A stretch of DNA of 17,228 bases from a candidate division WOR-3 bacterium (GTDB taxonomy: Bacteria > Hydrothermota > Tepidihabitantia > Tepidihabitantales > Tepidihabitantaceae), in the NCBI GenBank assembly GCA_965648905.1, contig CBFGIT010000046.1, forward strand, positions 1 through 17,228. Direction: 5' to 3'. The notes beneath the pieces were generated by a model, which made no database searches, had not been told where the DNA came from, and saw only the letters and a list, made by a program, of their open reading frames with translations. Position 1 is the first letter of the stretch. Every line of letters starts with the position of its first letter. Positions 6,662-13,806 of this stretch are shown here, in pieces. The position numbers and the translations under genes were made by a program.

Positions 6662-8202
6662 TGCTGTCAAGAGCCCAGTCGGCTGCGGTCTACGGGGTTG
6701 ACGGTTTCATCGTCTCGGTCGAGACTGACCTGGCCATGGGACTGCCGGCGTTCAACATCGTCGGGCTGCCCGATGCTGCGGTCCGGGAGTCACAGCACCG
6801 CGTTCAGGCCGCGCTCAAGAACTCCGGTTTTGCCTTTCCCAACCGGCACATCACCGTCAATCTTGCTCCGGCCGACGTCAAGAAGGAAGGAGCGGCATTT
6901 GACCTCCCGATTGCGGTCGGCATCCTCGCGGCCGCGGGCGCGATTCCGCCCGCGATTCTGAGTCGGACCATGCTCGTCGGCGAGCTCTCGCTCGATGGCT
7001 CGCTGCGGCCGGTCAAGGGTGCGGTCTCAATGGCGGTAGCGGCCCGGAACGCCGGACTCAGCGCTCTGGTTCTGCCTCAGGTCAATACGACCGAAGCAGC
7101 GATGGTCGTGGACCTGCCGGTGTTTGGTGTTGTCTCGCTCGTCGAGACGGTCGGCTTCCTGAAAGGGACGACCCATCTCGAACCGGCCCGGGTCGACGTC
7201 GACGAGGTCTTCCGCCAGGCATCAGTCCAACCCGTGGACCTGGCCGACGTCCGTGGTCACGAACACGCCAAGCGGGCGCTTGAGATTGCGGCGGCCGGCG
7301 GACACAATCTGCTGATGGTCGGCCCGCCCGGCTCGGGCAAGACCATGCTCGCCCGCCGGCTGCCAACGATTCTGCCGCCGCTGACCTTGGACGAGGCGCT
7401 GGAGACAACCCGGATTCATTCGGTGGTCGGCGCCTTGACGCCGGACCGTCCGCTGGTTGCCGCGCGACCATTCCGAGCGCCGCACCACAACGTCTCGGAG
7501 TCGGGCATCATTGGCGGCGGCAGCGTGCCCAGGCCGGGCGAGGCCTCGCTCGCGCACAACGGCGTTCTGTTCCTGGATGAGCTGCCCGAGTTTCGCCGTG
7601 ACGTCCTTGAGGCTCTGCGCCAGCCTCTTGAGGATGGCCAGGTGACAATCGGCCGGGCCCGCTCAAGCTTTACGTTCCCGGCCCGGTTCATGCTTGTCTG
7701 CGCGATGAACCCATGTCCGTGCGGGTTCTACGGCGACACCCGGCATGCCTGCACCTGTTCTTCCCAGCGCATCCGGCACTACCGGACCAAGATCTCCGGC
7801 CCGCTGCTCGACCGCATCGACATTCATGTCGAGGTGCCGGCACTGCGCTATGACGACCTCGCCTGCCGGCAGAGTGGCGAAGATTCGGCCTCGGTAGGCC
7901 GGCGGGTGGTTCGGGCACGCCAGACTCAGCTCGAGCGGTTCGTCTCGGCCGGGCTGCGCCACCCGGTCTACGCCAACGCCCAGATGAGCCCGCAGCACGT
8001 CAAGAGGTTCTGCCCGGTCAGCAGCCAGTGTGACGATATTCTGCGCGCGGCCATTGACCGGCTCGGCCTGTCGGCTCGGGCCTATCACCGGGTGCTTAAG
8101 GTTGCCCGTACCATCGCCGACATCGAGAGCGAATCGGAAATCAGACCAGCGCACGTTACTGAGGCGGTTCAGTACCGCAGCCTCGACCGTACCGCATGGT
8201 GA
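6661..8202 (+). CDS. comM: YifB/ComM family Mg-chelatase-like AAA+ ATPase (helicase)
   Basis: Likely start is GTG 6661, overlapping the yraN TAG (MLSRAQSAAVYGVDG). Motifs: VGLPDAAVRES, TVNLAPAD.KKEG..FDL, Walker A GPPGSGKT, PFRAPHH, GVLFLDELPEF, AMNPCPCG, SGPLLDRID, SARAYHRVLKVARTIAD. Confidence 0.93.
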   Translation: MLSRAQSAAVYGVDGFIVSVETDLAMGLPAFNIVGLPDAAVRESQHRVQAALKNSGFAFPNRHITVNLAPADVKKEGAAFDLPIAVGILAAAGAIPPAILSRTMLVGELSLDGSLRPVKGAVSMAVAARNAGLSALVLPQVNTTEAAMVVDLPVFGVVSLVETVGFLKGTTHLEPARVDVDEVFRQASVQPVDLADVRGHEHAKRALEIAAAGGHNLLMVGPPGSGKTMLARRLPTILPPLTLDEALETTRIHSVVGALTPDRPLVAARPFRAPHHNVSESGIIGGGSVPRPGEASLAHNGVLFLDELPEFRRDVLEALRQPLEDGQVTIGRARSSFTFPARFMLVCAMNPCPCGFYGDTRHACTCSSQRIRHYRTKISGPLLDRIDIHVEVPALRYDDLACRQSGEDSASVGRRVVRARQTQLERFVSAGLRHPVYANAQMSPQHVKRFCPVSSQCDDILRAAIDRLGLSARAYHRVLKVARTIADIESESEIRPAHVTEAVQYRSLDRTAW

Positions 8203-8223
8203 CACCGAACAGAAGGAGAACTC

Positions 8224-9543
8224 ATGAGCCAAGCCAAGAGGATCACTGACCGCAGGACCCGCGTCGCCGTCATCGGCATCGGCTATGTCGGGTTGCCCTT
8301 GAGCATCGAGATTGCCCGGGCCGGTTACGATTGTGTCGGGATTGACGTTGACCCGGCCAAGGTCAAGGCGGTCAATCGCGGTAAGAGCTTCATCGGCGAC
8401 GTGCCGGCCGAGGAAGTCGCCCAGGTTGTCCGTTCGGGTCGGTTCCGGGCTACCACGGACTTCGGCGCACTGGCCGCATGCGAGGTCATCAACATCTGTG
8501 TGCCGACGCCATTTACACCGAGCAAAGACCCGGACGTGAGCTTCATTGAGGACGCTGGTCGCCGGGTCGCCGAACACCTCAAGCCCGGCCGGCTGGTGAT
8601 CCTTCGGTCAACCACTTATCCGGAGACAACCGAGAAGGTCCTTCAGCCGATACTCGACCGGACCGGACTGAAGGTCGGCCGCGATTACTACCTCTCCTTC
8701 GTCCCCGAGCGGATCGACCCGGGCAACAAGCGGTTCACGACCCGGACGACTCCGGTTGTTGTTGGAGGAGTGACCCGGACCTGCACCCGGCTGAGTGCTT
8801 TGTTCTACCGTCAGTTCGTCGAACAGGTCGTGCCGGTCTCCTCGCCCCGGGTTGCCGAGATGTCGAAGCTGCTGGAAAACATCTTTCGGAGCGTCAACAT
8901 CGCGCTGGTCAACGAGATGGCGGTGATGTGTGAGCGTATGGGGAACATCGACATCTGGGAGGTGATTGCTGCCGCCGCGACCAAGCCGTTCGGATTCATG
9001 CCTTTCTATCCTGGCCCGGGTATCGGCGGCCACTGCATTCTGATTGACCCGTACTATCTGGCCTGGAAGGCCCGGGAGTACGACTTCCATTCCAACTTCA
9101 TCGAGCTGGCTGCCCAGACCAATGAGTCGATGCCGTTCTATGTCAGCGACCGGCTGCTTGAACTGCTCGGGGTGCACGGTGTCCCATCATCCCGGGCGCG
9201 GGTGTTGGTCCTGGGCGCGGCCTTCAAGCGCGACGTCGAGGATACGCGCCACTCGCCGGCGCTAAAAGTCATGGAGTTGCTGCTGGGCAAGGTCGGCCAC
9301 ATTGCCTACCATGACCCCTATGTCCCGGAGGTTTCGGTTGGCGGACGTCGGTTCCGCTCGCTGCCTCTGACGACCGCGGCTCTGCGCCGAGCCGACTGTG
9401 TCGTCATCCTTACCGACCACTCCTGTTTTGATTACGAGCGCATCTTCGAGCAGAGCCGGCTGATCCTCGATGCCCGTAACGCCGTCAAGCGTCGCGGTTC
9501 GTCCCGACTCTACACCATGGGCAACCGACCGAACGCGCGCTAG
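8224..9543 (+). CDS. Nucleotide-sugar dehydrogenase (UDP-N-acetyl-D-glucosamine/mannosamine 6-dehydrogenase, WbpA/WecC-like)
   Basis: Rossmann GIGYVGLP, ICVPTP, STTYP, PERIDPG, KLLEN, catalytic GPGIGGHC, AFKRDVEDTRHSP, DP, TDH, DARN. SD AAGGAG. Confidence 0.92.
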   Translation: MSQAKRITDRRTRVAVIGIGYVGLPLSIEIARAGYDCVGIDVDPAKVKAVNRGKSFIGDVPAEEVAQVVRSGRFRATTDFGALAACEVINICVPTPFTPSKDPDVSFIEDAGRRVAEHLKPGRLVILRSTTYPETTEKVLQPILDRTGLKVGRDYYLSFVPERIDPGNKRFTTRTTPVVVGGVTRTCTRLSALFYRQFVEQVVPVSSPRVAEMSKLLENIFRSVNIALVNEMAVMCERMGNIDIWEVIAAAATKPFGFMPFYPGPGIGGHCILIDPYYLAWKAREYDFHSNFIELAAQTNESMPFYVSDRLLELLGVHGVPSSRARVLVLGAAFKRDVEDTRHSPALKVMELLLGKVGHIAYHDPYVPEVSVGGRRFRSLPLTTAALRRADCVVILTDHSCFDYERIFEQSRLILDARNAVKRRGSSRLYTMGNRPNAR

Positions 9544-10019
9544 CCCTCGGCCCAGCGTCTGACGAACTCAGCCAGTGCGGGCAGCGCGTCGCGTACCGGC
9601 TCAGAGAGGCCGGTGCCGAACTCAATGCCTGCCGGTTGCACCCCAAGAAGAGAAACCTCGGCTCCGGTCTGGTGCGCCAGCATTTCAACCGTGAGACTCA
9701 GTGGTAACGTGTGAGTCGAAAGCAGACCGTAGGCCAACTGCTCGATCTGGGCACGGTCGAACAGCCGGAACTCGCCCGGCCTCCCGCCGAAGTCACAGGC
9801 GTCAACGACCAGAATCCGACCGGGCGTAAGCCGCGCAACCGGCAGGATGAAGTTCTCCGGAGTGCTTCCGACGTCGAACCGGTGGACCTGTTCCAACCCG
9901 GCAAGTGCGTCGACCAAAGCCGGCCCGACTCCGTCGTCGCCGCGCAGACGGTTGCCGACTCCGACAACAGCTACCGGCCGCGTATTGCCCGCGCCTGGCG
10001 CAGATATGTTCTCAGCCAT
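9540..10019 (-). CDS. Hydrogenase maturation protease (HycI-like, peptidase A31)
   Basis: VVGVGNRLRGDDGVG, DVGSTPEN, VVDA, STHTLPL, GVQP, LSEPV. ATG 10019 is preceded by GGGGAG, so the longer start in the ORF track is probably spurious. Confidence 0.9.
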   Translation of the reverse strand: MAENISAPGAGNTRPVAVVGVGNRLRGDDGVGPALVDALAGLEQVHRFDVGSTPENFILPVARLTPGRILVVDACDFGGRPGEFRLFDRAQIEQLAYGLLSTHTLPLSLTVEMLAHQTGAEVSLLGVQPAGIEFGTGLSEPVRDALPALAEFVRRWAEG

Positions 10020-10960
10020 GGTATCTCCCCGGCCTGTATCTCGTGGGCAAGCACACTGTCGGCATAGACGCGGGCGCTTTCCGGTCGAGCGAGACCCTGC
10101 CAGGCTTTGGCCGTAACGAGCCAATTCTCGCTCAATCCGTAGAGATTGTTCGGGAATGACGTGCGGATCAGGCGGTCAACGGTTCGACCGGTTCTCACGG
10201 CCCTGGCGTAATTGCCGGCCTGAAAGTGATTGTCACGCATCGTCCGCAGCGCCGACCGGTTATCCGGGTAGTTTCGGAGCAGCTCGAGACAGAGCGACTC
10301 TGCGCCGGCGTAGTCTCCGTCTTCCTTCATCATGAACGCAAGCGAGAAACGGGCGGCGGTCTCGAGCACGCCTTGTCCTTCAATTGTCCTCTTGACCATT
10401 TCCCGGGCAGCCCGGCGCGAGCCCAGAACCGGCAGACCCAGCGTGTAACGACTCGACAACGCCCGGAAATACTCAACCATGCCTAAGCCAAACCAGGCGT
10501 CAACCAGGGTTGAGTCGTCGGACAGCGCCTGTCTCAGTTCCGGCCCGACCCCGAGCATGGACTTGAACGCAGCGCCGGTCTGACCGAGCCATGCCTGATA
10601 CCGTGCTCGAGTGAGTAAAGTCATCCCGAGGTAGAAACGAGCCGACGCGTCGTGCGCATCCTTGCGCAGTTGCTGTCGACTGAGGTCCGCGGCCCGGTCA
10701 CATGTTGAATAGAACGAGTCGCTCAGCGACGAGTTGCCTGAGTCGTAGATCAGCAGTTGCAGCAGTGTCGCCAGCCAGAAGGCCGCGGCCGGGTCGCGCG
10801 GGTCGCGAGCGGCGAGTTGGCGAACCAGTTGGCCGGCTGAGTCGTACTGCTGAAGATAGCCATACTCAACAACCAGACGGTGTTCAGGCAGAACAACCGG
10901 CCGGGTTGCTGCGCCAGTCAGGCAGAACGCCAGCAGGGCACAGAGGCTAGACTTCGGCAA
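9971..10960 (-). CDS. Secreted/periplasmic TPR-like helical repeat protein
   Basis: Probable TTG start at 10960 (GAGG upstream) giving a signal-like MPKSSLCALLAFCLTGA. TPR-like segments: DPAAAFWLA, DASARFYLG, DAWFGLG..EY, AARFSLA......GDYAGA, YPDN. Confidence 0.7.
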   Translation of the reverse strand: MPKSSLCALLAFCLTGAATRPVVLPEHRLVVEYGYLQQYDSAGQLVRQLAARDPRDPAAAFWLATLLQLLIYDSGNSSLSDSFYSTCDRAADLSRQQLRKDAHDASARFYLGMTLLTRARYQAWLGQTGAAFKSMLGVGPELRQALSDDSTLVDAWFGLGMVEYFRALSSRYTLGLPVLGSRRAAREMVKRTIEGQGVLETAARFSLAFMMKEDGDYAGAESLCLELLRNYPDNRSALRTMRDNHFQAGNYARAVRTGRTVDRLIRTSFPNNLYGLSENWLVTAKAWQGLARPESARVYADSVLAHEIQAGEIPWLRTYLRQARAIRGR

Positions 10961-11330
10961 CCGCCTCGATCTCGACCGCGGCGCCCTTGGGCAGGGCCGC
11001 AACCTGAAATGCCGAACGAGCTGGAGCCGGTCCAGGGAAGTACCGGCTGTAGACTTCGTTCACCCGGACAAAGTCGGCCATGCTGGCAAGAAACACCGTC
11101 ACTTTGACCACCCGGTCCATGCTGCTGCCCGCGGCCTCAAGTACTGCCGCAAGATTGCGCAGTACCTGTTCGGTCTCCGGAACGATACCGCCTGACACGA
11201 GCACGCCGGTCTCAGGGTCTATCCCCAATTGCCCGGACGTGAATACGAATCCCCGGGATCTGATTGCCTGGCTGTACGGTCCAATCGGCGGCGGTGCCTT
11301 ATCGGTCAGTATCGGAGTCCGCTTGTCCAT
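10947..11330 (-). CDS. ridA: RidA (YjgF/YER057c/UK114) enamine/imine deaminase
   Basis: AP.PIGPYSQA, FTSGQLG.DP, QVL.NL.AVL.AAG, VVKVTVFL, N.VY..YF, PARS (catalytic Arg), LPKGA.VEIEA. ATG 11330 has SD AAGGAG. Confidence 0.95.
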   Translation of the reverse strand: MDKRTPILTDKAPPPIGPYSQAIRSRGFVFTSGQLGIDPETGVLVSGGIVPETEQVLRNLAAVLEAAGSSMDRVVKVTVFLASMADFVRVNEVYSRYFPGPAPARSAFQVAALPKGAAVEIEAVAEV

Positions 11331-11362
11331 TTTCGCTCCTTGATTCGACATTCACATTCTCA

Positions 11363-12274
11363 CTAGGACGCCAGATTGCCGAGCGCGATTGAATAAAGCT
11401 TGGTACCCGGCGTATCGGCCCGTGAGAGCATGACAACCGGTTTGCGCGCACCGACCACGATGCCCGCTACCTTTGCCCCGCCCAGGTATTGCAGCCCCTT
11501 GGCCAGGATGTTGCCCGTGGCCAGCGTCGGCACAACCAGGACATCAACGTCGCCTGACACCTGGCTGGCGACCCGTTTGATGCGTGCTGACTCCGGCGAG
11601 AACGCGATGTCCAGCGCCAGCGGTCCTTCAACGACCGCCTCGCCGAACTCGCCCTGGTCGCCCATCCGGGCGACAATCGCCCAGTCCAGGGTTTCGGCAA
11701 TGCCCAGGTTTATCTTCTCAACTGCGGAAAGCAGTGCCACCTTCGGCCGGGCAATACCCATCTGGTGGGCCAGGCCGACTGCATTGCGCACGATGTCAAT
11801 CTTGCGGCGCAGGTCCAGCTCGGTATTGATGCCACCGTCGGTGACAAACAGCGGCTTGTGATAGGTCGGCAGCTCCATTACCGCCACATGCGAAAGGATG
11901 CGGTCGCCCCGCAGCCCGAGGTCCTCGTCCAGAACGCCGCGCAGGAAAACGGCCGTCTCGACCTGGCCTTTCATCAGAAAGTCGCCGGACGCGGCCACAT
12001 CCCTGACCGCGGCCCGGATTGATTCCTCGGTCGAGTTGGTACTTGTGACCGAGAACAGCCCTGTCGGCAGCTTGAGACTCGCCGCAATTGTGCTGATGCG
12101 CTGCTCATCACCGTAGAGGACCGGCTCGGCAATGCCTTCGGCCTTGGCTGCGGCCAGCGCTTCAATCGTGGCACAATCCTCGGCACAGGCCACAACGCAG
12201 CGTCTTGCTCCCCGGGTCCGGGCCAGAGCGAGCAGGTGGTCAAAGTCACGAAAGTTGCCGGTGCTAGCAGCCAT
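11363..12274 (-). CDS. ptb: Phosphate butyryltransferase / phosphate acyltransferase (PTA_PTB family)
   Basis: LMKGQVET..FL..VL, LSHV, TDGGIN, PKVALLSAVE, EGPLALDIA, GDVDVLVVP, GNILAK, GARKPVV..SRAD. Start ATG 12274 overlaps the glnA stop. Confidence 0.85.
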   Translation of the reverse strand: MAASTGNFRDFDHLLALARTRGARRCVVACAEDCATIEALAAAKAEGIAEPVLYGDEQRISTIAASLKLPTGLFSVTSTNSTEESIRAAVRDVAASGDFLMKGQVETAVFLRGVLDEDLGLRGDRILSHVAVMELPTYHKPLFVTDGGINTELDLRRKIDIVRNAVGLAHQMGIARPKVALLSAVEKINLGIAETLDWAIVARMGDQGEFGEAVVEGPLALDIAFSPESARIKRVASQVSGDVDVLVVPTLATGNILAKGLQYLGGAKVAGIVVGARKPVVMLSRADTPGTKLYSIALGNLAS

Positions 12275-13646
12275 AGTACAGATTGAACTCCCAGGGATGA
12301 GGCCGTCGGGCAACATCCTCAACCTCACCCATTTTCAACTCCACCCACTTGGCGACCGTCTCCGTCGAGAACACACCGTCCTGAATCAGGTAGTCATTGT
12401 CCTGTTTTAGATGCTCGAGGGCGCGCACCAGCGAGTACGGCACAGCCCGGACACCCGGATGCTGTTCACGCGAGTCGAGTCGGCCCTGACCCGGCTCGCC
12501 CGGCTCAATTTGACGACGGATTCCGTCAAGTCCAGCGCAGAACACCGCGGCCATTGCCAGGTACGGATTCGCGGTCGCATCCGGCAGCCGGTACTCGATT
12601 GCCATTTCGGCCGGAGATGAGATGTAGGCTGGTATCCTGATTGCTGCGGTTCGGTTGGCGAGTGAAAAGACCGCAACCACCGGTGCTTCATATCCGGGAA
12701 CAAGCCGGCGGTACGAATTCGTGCTTGGATTGGTCAGACCACACAGACTCGGCACGTGGTCAAGCACCCCGCCGATGAAATGCAGTGCGGTCCGGCTCAG
12801 CCCAAGACCGCTCTGGTCGTCGCCAAACATCGAGCGCCGCCCACGTGCCAGATACAGATGCAGATGCATTCCGGAACCTGCCTCCCCGAAGATCGGCTTC
12901 GGCATGAACGTTACGCTCTTGTCATACCGGAACGCCAGATTGCGGGCCAAATACTTCGTGAGCATGATGCCATCACCCGCGCGCAGCGCCGGCAGAAACT
13001 CAGGCTCGACCTCCACCTGTGAATAGCGGCCACCCTCATGATGATGATATTTCACCGGCACACCGCAGCTCTCCATCATCAGAGCGAGCTCGCTTCGAAA
13101 GTCCGAACTCCGGTCAAACGGCGGGGCAACGTGATACGCCGGTCCCTTGAACAAGGCCAGACCGCTCGGGTCGTCGTGACGCAACTCGTCGGTCTCGATA
13201 CGGTACACCGCCGACGACTGGTCGGTCCAGAATTCGGCTTTGTTGAACAGGTAGAACTCGAACTCGGGTCGGACCATTATTTCTTCCGCGCCGCTCTCGG
13301 CTTTGAGTGCCGCAACCGCCCGGGCCAGAACCAGACGCGGGTCCCGCTCATACCGCCGGCCGTCGCCGGTCTCATGAACCTCGGAGAAACACGAGACCGT
13401 CGGCTCGCGGGCGAACGGGTCAACAAACGCTGAATCAAGGTCCGGCCTCAAGACCATGTCACCTGACTCGACCGTTCGAAATCCGGCAACCGACGAACTG
13501 TCAAACCCCACTCCATGCCGCACTGCGTGCTCGAGCCGCTCAATCGGCAAAGTCACGTGCCTCAACCTTCCCGGCAGGTCGGTGTACTTCAGGTCAAGGA
13601 ACCTGATGGCCTTTTCTTTGATGACGGCTGACTCTAGCTTTCTCAC
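12264..13646 (-). CDS. glnA: Type I glutamine synthetase
   Basis: DLKYTDLPGRL.H, FDSSS, DMVL.PD, DPF, DPR, PEFEFY, HHE, Q.E, TFMPKP..G..GSGMH.H, NPSTNSYRRLVPGYEAP, NR...IRIP, EYRLPD..ANPYLA, PHPWEF.LYY. Confidence 0.92.
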   Translation of the reverse strand: MRKLESAVIKEKAIRFLDLKYTDLPGRLRHVTLPIERLEHAVRHGVGFDSSSVAGFRTVESGDMVLRPDLDSAFVDPFAREPTVSCFSEVHETGDGRRYERDPRLVLARAVAALKAESGAEEIMVRPEFEFYLFNKAEFWTDQSSAVYRIETDELRHDDPSGLALFKGPAYHVAPPFDRSSDFRSELALMMESCGVPVKYHHHEGGRYSQVEVEPEFLPALRAGDGIMLTKYLARNLAFRYDKSVTFMPKPIFGEAGSGMHLHLYLARGRRSMFGDDQSGLGLSRTALHFIGGVLDHVPSLCGLTNPSTNSYRRLVPGYEAPVVAVFSLANRTAAIRIPAYISSPAEMAIEYRLPDATANPYLAMAAVFCAGLDGIRRQIEPGEPGQGRLDSREQHPGVRAVPYSLVRALEHLKQDNDYLIQDGVFSTETVAKWVELKMGEVEDVARRPHPWEFNLYYGC

Positions 13647-13653
13647 GCCTCAC

Positions 13654-13681
13654 AGATTGCCAAGGTTTGCCCGATTGTCAA
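13654..13681 (-). promoter_or_regulatory. Putative sigma70 promoter of the glnA operon
   Basis: Minus strand: TTGACA (13681-13676), 16-nt spacer ending in TGG (extended -10 TGn), then CAATCT (13659-13654), 7 nt before the GTG start. Confidence 0.45.
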
Positions 13682-13806
13682 CAGCGGTCGCTTGCTCTTC
13701 GTACTTCGCATTGTGGTGTTACGGTCTGCACCTCGTCCTGTTCCGAACAGACATTAGGCAGTTACCAAGGCCGCAGCGCGGCTGACTCGCTGTGCGTACG
13801 CCGGGG

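Noticed and set aside
1041..9177. Long antisense ORFs (e.g. 1041..1865, 1905..2603, 4150..4926, 7663..8577, 8608..9177)
   Set aside because: Expected shadows of high-GC coding genes; no motifs.
10020..10124. Upstream extension of the hydrogenase protease ORF
   Set aside because: Lies within the TPR-like gene; ATG 10019 has a good SD and gives a typical length.
13765..13800. GC-rich hairpin downstream of the repeat gene as a terminator or ncRNA
   Set aside because: Short stem (GCCGC/GCGGC), 3-nt loop, no U-tract; no recognisable glnA-type riboswitch.
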